Source: a virus. From it: a DNA stretch of 64,000 nt. Below the pieces are notes generated by a model, which worked only from the letters and a program-made list of their open reading frames with translations, was not told the origin of the DNA and did no database searches. The first letter of the stretch is position 1, and each line of letters starts with the position of its first letter. A program made the position numbers and the translations under genes. Where the stretch lies: IMG/VR virus record IMGVR_UViG_3300001200_000009. The stretch is one strand, 5' to 3'. Of the stretch, positions 8,987 through 18,741 are shown one piece after another.

Positions 8987-10686
8987 TATACTTGTACCCC
9001 TTCGGTTACATCTAAGTTAACACCGCTTCTTGTAGCAATCAGATTGATACGAACGAAGTTAATTGAATTTGGAATTTTGACATAGATGTCAGCGACGAAC
9101 TCTTGAGCGTCAACGACGTCCGGAGTATTGTTTGACGAATCACAGATAATGCGGTAGTCTGTTAGACCACGACGACCTTGGATTTGACGTAGAAGCGGTT
9201 CGATTAGATTCACGAATTCGTTTTGAGTAAACTCATCATTGAATTGGAATAGAACACTTTCACCTGCAATCTTAAGCGACTTACGAAGCAAGATAAGTAG
9301 GCGAACCGCATGAATTTGACGGAAAATCGATGGGCGTCCAATACGAGTACGGTCTCCAAGAATGAACGTTCCTTTGCCAGGCACAGTCACGATTGGGTTG
9401 ATACCATTCTTGTAAAGGTTTCCACGGTCTGTATCGTTTGGATTGTAGTAAAGTTCGGTTACACCAAATAATTGTCCGCGTTTCTGTCCTGCCGGAGAGA
9501 AGAACGGCCCGAAATTGCGATCAGCAAGTGCCATGGCCCCACCAACCTTACCAGAATCAGGAATGTTAACATATTGGTCATTATACTTATCATAAGCCTT
9601 AACGCGGCCAGAAGTAAGCTCATAATGTTTATCTGCAGATAGAGTAGCAGCGAACTCGTTTTGCGTAGTTTCATCGATATCTTCTGCACGAGGTGAAAGG
9701 ATAAGGAATAGGTCAGCGCGGGTAGCAGCAACCGTGATATACGCATTGGCTACTGTTGTCGCTGTCGGTCCAGTTAGGTTAGGACCGATAAGAATAGAAA
9801 CGTCTGCGCCTGAAGAACGATTGAAGTAGTCCAATCCGTTAGTATATTCTGCGGCTCCAATAGCTTCAGAATCGGTACCACCAGCGAGGCTGTATTCAAC
9901 AACACCAGTAGATTCTAGACCAATGTAGTCTACACCAGTGGCAGGAGCTACACCAGCTTGAGGAAGCGTAGATGTGTCATGGTCAGCGAACCATACGTAT
10001 TTCGAACGTAGGTTGATAACGTCTTTGTAGAATGAGTTTGTACCGTCGTCGTTCTTTGCGCCATCAGCTTGTGATAGGTAAGGGAACGTTTCTAGAACAG
10101 CACCAGGAGTACCTGTGAATAGGCCACCTTCGTCGATTACGGCAATGTGGATTTCATCATTGAGCGCTCCAAGAGAAGCAGCCGTAGCTGTTGTCCCAAC
10201 CGGCGTATCGAATGATGAAGCATATGTCCATGCATTGAAGTTTGAAGCAGTCGTAGCGGCATCAGCAGTAAATGAGAACACCGAAACTTTCAGTGAATTA
10301 CCTAATGCGCCAGGATATTTAGCAACGAAGCCACCAACATCGCTATAAACGAGTGTTTGAGCATCGTAGTCTTCGGAATTTTTAACTGTGACAGTTGAAG
10401 CACCATTAGTAGCATTCAGCGCATTTTTGACTGTGCGAACTACCTTAAGGTCTTGACTGTATTGGAGGAAAGAGGCTGCAGATAAGAAGTCAACCGCATT
10501 AGTGCGGGACGGAGCAGCAAACTTTGCGACTAGATCGTTTTCTGAGCTAACAGACGTTACTTTGTCTGCAGGACCCCAACGAAAATCTCCTACGATCGCA
10601 CCAGTCGATGTAGAAACGCCTGGTACTGAACCAGTTCTATCATCTTCGGTTACGATAACGCCAGGAGCGAGTAACGGTTGTACCAT
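8986..10686 (-). CDS. gp18: Tail sheath protein
   Basis: APGVIVTEDD, FRWGP, FSPAGQKRG and GRRGLTDYRIICDSSNNT motifs; late promoter at 10736-10743. Confidence 0.96.
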   Translation of the reverse strand: MVQPLLAPGVIVTEDDRTGSVPGVSTSTGAIVGDFRWGPADKVTSVSSENDLVAKFAAPSRTNAVDFLSAASFLQYSQDLKVVRTVKNALNATNGASTVTVKNSEDYDAQTLVYSDVGGFVAKYPGALGNSLKVSVFSFTADAATTASNFNAWTYASSFDTPVGTTATAASLGALNDEIHIAVIDEGGLFTGTPGAVLETFPYLSQADGAKNDDGTNSFYKDVINLRSKYVWFADHDTSTLPQAGVAPATGVDYIGLESTGVVEYSLAGGTDSEAIGAAEYTNGLDYFNRSSGADVSILIGPNLTGPTATTVANAYITVAATRADLFLILSPRAEDIDETTQNEFAATLSADKHYELTSGRVKAYDKYNDQYVNIPDSGKVGGAMALADRNFGPFFSPAGQKRGQLFGVTELYYNPNDTDRGNLYKNGINPIVTVPGKGTFILGDRTRIGRPSIFRQIHAVRLLILLRKSLKIAGESVLFQFNDEFTQNEFVNLIEPLLRQIQGRRGLTDYRIICDSSNNTPDVVDAQEFVADIYVKIPNSINFVRINLIATRSGVNLDVTEGVQV

Positions 10687-10760
10687 TTGATTTACCTTTT
10701 AATTTATAACAAGATTGAGCAATAACAAGTATTTGTATTTATACTTTTGAAGCTCACCGG

Positions 10761-12419
10761 TTAAAAGCCGAAGCTGACGTCCTGAGTTACCCAACCGAAG
10801 TCTTCGTCTACCTTGTAGCCCATATCTTTACGGGCGTCGTTTAATTCGAATTCGCTTTGTCCTGAATTTGTGATGATACCAAATGATGGAATCGATTCGT
10901 CAATCAATCGGGTCTTCTCGGCTGACATAAGACTGCGTAGTCCGTTAGTATTTATCTCTCCAAAGGCGGCAGTTTCTACGAACCATGCAAACATGACGAG
11001 AGTCATGACCATATCATCGTGGAATCCGTCTTTAGCCTGATAGGAATTCTTTTTGACCTCAAAGACACATAGTTCCTTGATGGTCTCAGGGTCTGTGATG
11101 TGAATCTTGCCTTGCTCTACAAGGTCCTTAAGGTGAGAGCAACCTAATCGCTTGACCTTCTGATTCATCTCTAGACCAAATGAGACTCCCTTTTTGATGG
11201 CTCCCATATACATATTTTCATACTCGTGGTCGTAAAAGAGGGCCTTAAAGACAGTCGCGCCTAGGTCATTGGATTCAATGATGAGAAACGCATTGTTGTA
11301 ATGCTGAGCAAACTTGTGGACAATATCCGGAAATACCATCGGGCTAATCTCATTGTCTCGATAAACACAGACCTGTTTGAATGGAACTTCGGTTACATCT
11401 ACAATAGAAAATGTCGAATAGTCCTGTCCACGACCTCTTGACGTATCGACTGACATTGTGTAGACATGCCCCTCTTTTGGTAGTTCGTACGCGGTCACAT
11501 CTCCAGCTACCTTAACTGGCTCTGCTGCCTGAAGCTTAAGAAGGTATTCACCATTGATTAAAGTTGACGAAGTATTCTGAAATGAGTTACCAAATTCCTG
11601 CTCAAATTGCTTTTGAGACGTGTTGGCGATTGTCTCTTTTTTCCAAGCCTCATCACGACCAGGCACGTCCCACCAGTCAACTCGATACGGTTGGAACTCA
11701 TTGGTTTTCTGAACAGCTCCCTCATACAGCTTATAGAACATATTGTTCACGCCGTTCGCGGTTGAGGTAATGATGATTTTTGTCTTCTTACCAGCCGCGA
11801 TAACCGGATAGGTTGAGGTATAGAATTCGCCATCATTTACAACGAACGCAAATTCGTCGAGGTATAGAAGACTAATTGAGAGACCACGAATCGAAGAACC
11901 AGACGTCGAATGAGCACCGATTACTGTGTTGTTTGAAAAATGAATCGAACCTTTGTTCAATGCCTTACAACCAGGCTGCAGGAAGAACGGAAGATTCTCC
12001 AGCATAAGCGTGATACGACCAAGCATTTCCTTTGAGGTCGAGCCCTTGTTGGCAAGAATAGCGAGCGTTTTTTCGGAGTTAAAGAGCGCGAAATGAAGAA
12101 GATAGGCGCATGAGCTGATAGATTTACCAGACTGACGACACGCTAGAACAATCGAGTGACGGTTCTTATCGAAATGCTTAATCATTTTCTTTTGATAAGG
12201 GTAAAGCTTGAATGGAACCAATCCTTTGTCAGGATGGATAACCTTGACATATGTCTCGCAGAAATACGTTAGGTCATTCTTACATTTTCGATATTCGTCC
12301 AACTCCCATTGTGTCCAAGGTTGGGCTACACCATGCTTCTTTACGAGAGCGTTGCCTAAATATGTCGGGAGGTTGTGAGGATTCTGGACTAGTTTAGTCG
12401 TCTTCGGTTTCCGTACCAT
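10761..12419 (-). CDS. gp17: Terminase large subunit (start probably MVRKPK at 12419; ORF extends to 12440)
   Basis: RQSGKS, LYLDEFAFV, STANG, FEQEF, DTSRGRGQDYS and HDDMVM motifs. Confidence 0.96.
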   Translation of the reverse strand: MVRKPKTTKLVQNPHNLPTYLGNALVKKHGVAQPWTQWELDEYRKCKNDLTYFCETYVKVIHPDKGLVPFKLYPYQKKMIKHFDKNRHSIVLACRQSGKSISSCAYLLHFALFNSEKTLAILANKGSTSKEMLGRITLMLENLPFFLQPGCKALNKGSIHFSNNTVIGAHSTSGSSIRGLSISLLYLDEFAFVVNDGEFYTSTYPVIAAGKKTKIIITSTANGVNNMFYKLYEGAVQKTNEFQPYRVDWWDVPGRDEAWKKETIANTSQKQFEQEFGNSFQNTSSTLINGEYLLKLQAAEPVKVAGDVTAYELPKEGHVYTMSVDTSRGRGQDYSTFSIVDVTEVPFKQVCVYRDNEISPMVFPDIVHKFAQHYNNAFLIIESNDLGATVFKALFYDHEYENMYMGAIKKGVSFGLEMNQKVKRLGCSHLKDLVEQGKIHITDPETIKELCVFEVKKNSYQAKDGFHDDMVMTLVMFAWFVETAAFGEINTNGLRSLMSAEKTRLIDESIPSFGIITNSGQSEFELNDARKDMGYKVDEDFGWVTQDVSFGF

Positions 12420-12783
12420 CTTCTTTGTCCTTGTTCTCAATTACCTTAAGCACCTCGGAAGTATCTCCGGTAAATACGATTGCCTTTGCAGAATCGGTTT
12501 CAATGTGCTCGATAAGAGTAGGGTCTTCTTTATTGCGTTTTGCCTGTAGGTCAAAATGCTTATCTTGTAGCTGAATCAATTTTTCATTGATGTCTGCCAT
12601 ATTTTTCATATAGCCCGAGAATACTTCAAAGGCTCTTGGATGTTCTGATTCCTTGGCCAATTCTTGAAGGTCTTCAAGCGATTCCATGCCAGTCTGTAGG
12701 AGCTTATAGAAGGTGACACGCGAGAACGTGTAGTCCTGAAGAATATCAGCACTTTCTTCGGCAGCTAGTAGGGGATTAGACAT
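12394..12783 (-). CDS. gp16: Terminase small subunit
   Basis: ESEHPRAFEV and FTGDTSE motifs; overlaps gp17. Confidence 0.88.
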   Translation of the reverse strand: MSNPLLAAEESADILQDYTFSRVTFYKLLQTGMESLEDLQELAKESEHPRAFEVFSGYMKNMADINEKLIQLQDKHFDLQAKRNKEDPTLIEHIETDSAKAIVFTGDTSEVLKVIENKDKEDGTETEDD

Positions 12784-12806
12784 GGGTAGTTTCCTTTCGA
12801 AACTAT

Positions 12807-13613
12807 TTATTCACAGACAATTTCAAATTCTTCGTTGGCTTCAGCCGATAAAGGATTGATTGTCAAAGTCATATCATCAAAGACTTCATCTTCTCCATCA
12901 ATATGATTGATGATAACTCTTTTGATTACTGGTCTTTCGGTAATATCCGAATCATATTCTCCAGTGCTGATACCTCCAGCACCTCCAATAGACCCATCAC
13001 CTGTAGCTCCAGAGCCTCTAAAATAATCGACGTTCTTGTATAGATTGATCGCGGCATCAAATGTTAGTGTGTAAATCAGAACTCTTTGCGTTGAGTCAGC
13101 CGCTCCCTCGTACTGGTCGTCTTTATTTGCCGACAAAAACGTGAATTTAAGGTTGTCGGTAAAGGTTTTACCTACCACAGGCTTAATGGTTACACCAACC
13201 GACGGGTTAAAATATGGTAGAATCTGCTCGATAATCTGAAGAGCTTCATCTTCGTTCTTAGTATAAATCGATAGCTCAAATGGAATACGGTAAGGAGCAG
13301 GATTCTTGATTTTGTCTCTACCCTCTTGAATGTAACCACGTTTTGAACGCTGTCTTTCCGGGTCATAAAGAGGAGTTGAGTAAGAGAAGCTCATACGTGG
13401 AAGTTTCATCGCGACCTTAGTATCTTCTAGGTCAGGACGTTGTCGAATACGCTCAAGAAATGACTGCTTTGGACCATAAGCAATAGGAACCCGTTTCTCG
13501 TTAGTTAACGAACCATCCGATTTTCTTCGAGCCACGTGGATATCATTGAACAGCGTACCAAATACTGCTGCAACTGAACGAATAGTTTTGTTATAATACC
13601 ATGGACCCCAAAT
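12807..13613 (-). CDS. gp15: Tail sheath stabilizer/completion protein; probable ATT start
   Basis: YYNKTIRS..FGTLFNDI, VPIAYGPK, LPRMSF and QIIEQILPYF motifs; AGGAG lies 8 nt before the in-frame ATT at 13613. Confidence 0.9.
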   Translation of the reverse strand: MWGPWYYNKTIRSVAAVFGTLFNDIHVARRKSDGSLTNEKRVPIAYGPKQSFLERIRQRPDLEDTKVAMKLPRMSFSYSTPLYDPERQRSKRGYIQEGRDKIKNPAPYRIPFELSIYTKNEDEALQIIEQILPYFNPSVGVTIKPVVGKTFTDNLKFTFLSANKDDQYEGAADSTQRVLIYTLTFDAAINLYKNVDYFRGSGATGDGSIGGAGGISTGEYDSDITERPVIKRVIINHIDGEDEVFDDMTLTINPLSAEANEEFEIVCE

Positions 13614-13694
13614 TTGGAACTCTCCTGTTATAAATACTTGGTAGTCGCGAAACGCCAATTTCCACTACTCTAGAGCTACAAGGAGCTGACCAGC

Positions 13695-14225
13695 ATGTAT
13701 ATTTATACGGTCTATAAGACAACAAATCTCATTAACGGCAAAATCTATATTGGAGTCCATAAGACCACCAATCCTGACGACTCGTATTTAGGTTCTGGGG
13801 TAGCTTTACGTAAGGCTATATTAAAATACGGAGTCCATAATTTCTCTAAGAGCATACTTCATGAATATGCTATCGAAGAATCTGCTTATATAAAAGAGTC
13901 AGCTTTAGTAGACAGAGCCTTCATCGCTCGTCGTGACACTTACAATATGAAAGTAGGAGGTATTGGAGGCTCAGGAAATTATGGTAGACCTCATTCAGAA
14001 GAGCACAAACGAAAAATTTCAGAAGCTCTTAAGGGAAAACCTGGTCCATTTGCTGGTAAAGCATTATCAGAAAGACATAAGAAAAGTTTATCAGCCGCGA
14101 AAAAAGGTAAATCTAACCACTTAAAGGGCTCTACCCAACCTAAGGTTGAATGTCCTCATTGTGGTAAAATTGGTGCAAAAACCGCTATGGGTAGATGGCA
14201 TTTCGATAACTGTAAATCGGCCTAA
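13695..14225 (+). mobile_element. Free-standing GIY-YIG homing endonuclease HEG1 (NUMOD3 plus C-terminal CPHC zinc finger)
   Basis: YTVYKTTNLINGKIYIGVH...YLGSG...YN; HSEEHKRKIS; CPHCGK..MGRWHFDNCK; antisense between gp15 and gp14. Confidence 0.9.
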
Positions 14226-15070
14226 AACGCTCCAAACGGATTATCTGGGTCGAATTCAATAATGTCTTCGGCCTCTAGTTCAATTTCATCGTTTGACTGG
14301 AATCTGTCATCAGTGTCAGCGATCATTAGAACCATACGCGATAGCTGAGTATCGCTTGAGACGATTGGAATGTCTTTTCTGAATGTAGCATATTCTCCAG
14401 ACTCGGATGTTACGTTCGCTACTTGAATTACAGTTCCATCGCTCTTAACTAATGTTCCGGTTACATTTCCATCTGGCTGAGTTTGCGAAATTGTCTCGCC
14501 AATCTTATAATTACCTGGCGAGTTAATCGTTAGGTCAACAGAGTTAGCCGATACGATGTTCGATACGTCAATATCCTCTTCAACGAAGTCCAGTTTCTCG
14601 TCATTATATTCGAACGCTGTCACGTTTAACTTGTAAACCGGCAGATTCTGTAACTGATAAAACGGCTCTTCATGCTCAACAAACGAAATAGTAAAGAGTG
14701 ACTTCGAGAATGGCACATAGATAAGGTCTCCCTCATGCGGTCTCTTCTGGTCCTCATGACAACCAACTGCGTCGTTCCAGCGCTTCTTTGAGACTACAAA
14801 GGTCGACTCGTCTTTAATCTCATATCCAAATTTTTGGAATAATTCTTCGCCATCATATCCAGCGACAGTCTCAACATACATCTCAATCTCATAAGATTGG
14901 TCAAAGTGAGACGCAATGTCCTCACCAAAGAGTTTATCGACGTTTACGACATTACGAGGGATGTAAAGAAAATCATGACCATAAATCTGTAGGGCCTCAA
15001 TGATAAGGTCCTCATACAGATTCTGTTCTGGCTCGTAGCCTTGTCTAGAGAAATGTGGGTTGGTTGACAT
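14222..15070 (-). CDS. gp14: Neck protein
   Basis: EQNLYEDLIIEALQIYG, RPHEGDLIY, EHEEPFYQL and NPFG motifs. Confidence 0.93.
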   Translation of the reverse strand: MSTNPHFSRQGYEPEQNLYEDLIIEALQIYGHDFLYIPRNVVNVDKLFGEDIASHFDQSYEIEMYVETVAGYDGEELFQKFGYEIKDESTFVVSKKRWNDAVGCHEDQKRPHEGDLIYVPFSKSLFTISFVEHEEPFYQLQNLPVYKLNVTAFEYNDEKLDFVEEDIDVSNIVSANSVDLTINSPGNYKIGETISQTQPDGNVTGTLVKSDGTVIQVANVTSESGEYATFRKDIPIVSSDTQLSRMVLMIADTDDRFQSNDEIELEAEDIIEFDPDNPFGAF

Positions 15071-15073
15071 GCG

Positions 15074-15841
15074 CTACCCCACAAAGAACATAGGAGGAGG
15101 TGTGTATCTGTCTTCTAGTTCTTGTTCAAGTTTTTCGATCGTTTCCTTGGCCTTTGCGATTATATCTTGTCCGTTAAACGTGACTCCACCAAGCATTTCG
15201 ACTCCGCTAAACTTAGATAGGTTCTGGCCCCACTGAAGTTCGATCAGAGCTGTTGCATATCTCTTAAGCCACGAGTCATTAAGGCCATAAGCGCCATCTT
15301 CTTCTGGGTCAACCGCAAGATTAACCACCATAACGATGTATTCGCCTTCGGCAATATCATTTTCCCAGTCCATTTGAATCTCTAGACGATTACGTCGGCG
15401 AGAGAACTCAACAATATTTCGACCATTTAGGGTGTCATTAAGAAAGTTGAGGTATTGTTTAGTCATAACGAAGTTTGAGATACCTCCACCTCGTCCGCTT
15501 AGACCGCCTGCACGTAGGTCAAAGATGTCATTAAGATGCAATTGATATTCGATATTGAACATACCAGAGCCTAGTCCGGTTGACCTAATAGGTAGAACAG
15601 ATTCGACCCTCAGAACATTTTGCGGAAGAACAATATAACCATTAGCCTTATCTGCTGCAGTGACCTGGTGTTTTACGACGGTCTCGTCTGAACCATCCAT
15701 GTGACGTTCATTCCATATTTGAATAGCTTCGTCAACCCGATCGTCTACTTGGGCAGGCGAAATGTTGATTTGAATCAATCCATGACCCAATTTACGAAGA
15801 CAATATTCTCCAAATTCTTTACGAGTTGTAATACTAGGCAT
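15074..15841 (-). CDS. gp13: Neck protein
   Basis: YCLRKLG, WLKRYATALIELQWGQNLSKF and PPMFFVG motifs. Confidence 0.93.
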   Translation of the reverse strand: MPSITTRKEFGEYCLRKLGHGLIQINISPAQVDDRVDEAIQIWNERHMDGSDETVVKHQVTAADKANGYIVLPQNVLRVESVLPIRSTGLGSGMFNIEYQLHLNDIFDLRAGGLSGRGGGISNFVMTKQYLNFLNDTLNGRNIVEFSRRRNRLEIQMDWENDIAEGEYIVMVVNLAVDPEEDGAYGLNDSWLKRYATALIELQWGQNLSKFSGVEMLGGVTFNGQDIIAKAKETIEKLEQELEDRYTPPPMFFVG

Positions 15842-18568
15842 TTGCTTCTAGTGCTTTAACCTTCTCATTTAGTTCTTTGAGTGAAGCCAGTAGGAGTGGA
15901 ACAAGCTTTTCATAAGAGACAGTTTTATAACCTTCCAGCTCCTGTCCAATAGCTTCAGGGAAATGCTCTTCAACTTCTTGAGCGATAACACCAACTTGTC
16001 TTTCTTTAGATACGATTCCAATTTCTTCGGCCTTGTCATTCCAATCATAATAGACTGGGTTAAGCTTTTCAATAGTATTTAGTCCTTCTATCGCCGCAAA
16101 ATCTTTCTTAAGATTTTTATCAGAGAAGGCTGTGATGTCACCGGTTGCAGTAAAGTTACCGGTTGCTTTAGCAAACGTAAATCTAGTAGTGGCATTATCT
16201 CTTACGAATAGATTTCCATTGTATAGGTCTACAAAATTAGATGAAGAGGTATGATGAATTCTCATGTCTGCAGAGTTACCAAGTCTAACTTGGAAACCAT
16301 CTTGCCATTCCGTATGTCCAAGCACATTGTCATCGGTATCAGAGCGAACAAAACTTCCAGCAGATTGTCCACCTAAGAAACCTGCATTGATGTTCTTAGT
16401 GTCCAAATAGGCAGTTGTGACAACAGCTTGAACTCTTGCTGTCGTATGATAAAGATTAGTACCTTCCGACAGATTTGAAGTAGAGAACCCGTTGATATTG
16501 GTGATATAGCCCTTCGACAGAATTCTGCTTTCGATAGCCGCCGCTGAAGCAAATACGCTATTTGACGTAGACCACGTCTCAGTCGATAATAGAACATCCG
16601 AAGCCAGAACCTTTTCAAATGTAATTGCCGGCAGTCTAGCGATGTTAAGGATTCCTGAAGTAATTTTTGAAGAATCAAGATTTGGAATACGGCTAGCGTT
16701 AAGAGTTCCTGAAGTAATTTGAGATGCTGGTAGAGCTGGAATTCTAGCAGCTGTTAAAACGCCCGAAGTAATCTTCGAAGCCGCAAGATTTGGAATACGA
16801 CCGGTTGCAAAAATCCCAGTAGTAGTTTTTCCTGCGTCTAAAGCTGGAATACGACCATCAGCAAAAGTCCCAGAAGTAATTTGAGTAGCCGGAAGCGCAG
16901 GAATTCTAGAGCTGATGGCGTAAATGTAGAAGGCTTGCCAGTGATATTAGCCCATGCTAGATAATATGCAGTTCCTTGCCCATTTAGAGTCGTAGCATTT
17001 ACTCCTCCAATGGTAGTAACCACCTCACCAGTAGTAGAGCCATTGAATACGAAAAACTTATCTTCCGATTCATCCCAATAAAATTGAGCATCAGTTAAAG
17101 AACCTCTACCGAATTTAATACCTGCATCAGTCGTTGGAGTACCTGTTTGGTCTTGGTTTAGATTAATAAAGCTGTCGCCAACATTGATTTCATTACTAGA
17201 TATGGCGTTAATTTCGCCTTGTACATTAAGGTCTCCCTGCACAGTGACATCATTAGCAAACGTTTGATTACCCGAGAGTCTTGCAAAAGAAGATGCATGC
17301 ACACCATCAACCGTATCTGCGTCTAGACCAGAGCCTGTTCCGTCATTTCCAGCATGCCAAACGATAAATCCATTTACGGAAATCGCATTTCCGGTAATTA
17401 CTGTGGTATCTCTTCCGGCCCATCCAGAAACCCAATTGTCTGGGGACGTGTTAATAGACATTCCAGATTCAGCATTAACATAGACCACTTCGGCGGTTTG
17501 ACCTACAGCGTGTGAATGCGATTCGCCAGCCGAAAGGATTAGATGATTACCATTACCCGTTCTCAGTTCTGAAGTAAGCATTTTACCAGTGGCTTGTAGG
17601 TCAGCACCTACGATATTGCCAGCAGCAGTTATATTTCCTGTGCCAGATAAGTCCGTTTTCACAGTCACAATCGAATTGCTAAGCTCTAGTCTTTCTTCGG
17701 TGGCGTTGTCGTCGATACCACGAGAAGTAAATGTGTTATTGAAAACAGCAGCACCGTCAACAGTTAAACTGCTTAAAGTCGTAAGGCCAGCTACGTCTAA
17801 CGTACCTGAAACCGTAGCGTTAGTAAAGTTTACAGTTGTGCCAGTCTGTAGATTGTAAATGTAGTTAATCGCCGCGACAATAGAATCATTATTTGAACCA
17901 AAAATTCCAGCATCAAGAGCAGTCAGTTCTCCAATTACTGTATTCGTATTAGACAAGTCCGCGGACAAATTGTTAAAGTCGGTTTTAACTTCATTCACAC
18001 CACCTCTAATCGTCTGAGAAGTAGTGATTAAAGTAGTTGATCGTCCTGACTGAATTCGATAATCATTCCATACATCTCTAAGACCGTCAGTAATATCTGT
18101 CGGAGAGGTTAAAAATCCATCGATAGTAAGATCGGATAAATTAGAATTTGGACCAACTCTAGTATCAAGAGCTACAGCAGCAGCATCGGTTTGAGCTAAA
18201 TCGGCTGACAAATCATTAACATCAGTCTTTAATTCATTAATGGCTGGAATTACTGATGTTGCGGCAGTAATAAACGTAGTGCCTCTACCCGTTACTGCAA
18301 CATAGTCACCCCAAAAGTTTCCAATGGCTTGAGTTACAATATCGCCCGTGACGATACCAGCAGTGTTCATTACATCAAAATTAGAATGCGGACCAACATA
18401 AATTTCGAGGTCATCGATACGTTGATCGTTAACATTAAGACCATCAATGATATCAGACGCAGTGTAAGAAAGCGAGCTAAAGTCGCCAATATCAGTAGCC
18501 AATAGGTTATATTTAGCAACCCATTGTTCTACTGTTTCGTAGTTATTTTCAATAATTCTAAGAGCCAT
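15834..18568 (-). pseudogene. Fibritin/fibre-like protein with C-terminal S74 intramolecular chaperone, interrupted by a frameshift near 16910
   Basis: Frame 1 (from 18568) reads ...ANITGKPSTFTPSA. The -1 frame is open from about 16946 to 15834 and reads SRIPALPATQITSG...SEGTNLYHT...TGDITAFSDK...GVIAQEVE...VSYEKLVPLL. Confidence 0.8.
16638..16907 (-). repeat. Five tandem 54-nt (18-aa) repeats RIPxLxAxxITSGxxxxx
   Basis: RIPALPATQITSGTFADG / RIPALDAGKTTTGIFATG / RIPNLAASKITSGVLTAA / RIPALPASQITSGTLNAS / RIPNLDSSKITSGILNIA. Confidence 0.9.
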
Positions 18569-18740
18569 TTATCAGTTTCTCTAGTCTGGCGATACGTTCT
18601 TCTAGTGTATTTATCTTATTATCCTTCTCTATCCGCATTCTAGCCGCTTTTTTTGCTCTCTTAAGAGCGGCATTGTCAACGCTGACGATTGCCCCGTTTA
18701 CAGTTTTTCGAAGAGAAGGATAGCCCTCAATTTTCTGCAT
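18558..18740 (-). CDS. Small conserved T4-like coiled-coil protein
   Basis: KIEGYPSLRK..NGAIVSVD motif; typical small gene following DUF4815/VrlC-like genes. Confidence 0.7.
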   Translation of the reverse strand: MQKIEGYPSLRKTVNGAIVSVDNAALKRAKKAARMRIEKDNKINTLEERIARLEKLINGS

Positions 18741-18741
18741 G

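Noticed and set aside
16373-16678. 101-aa ORF between the fibre fragments
   Set aside because: Wrong frame. The frame continuous with 15834-16406 is open from about 16946 and carries the recognisable repeats.
16838-16946. Programmed -1 ribosomal frameshift in the fibre gene
   Set aside because: No X XXY YYZ slippery site in the overlap, and comparison with the paralogue indicates missing sequence instead.
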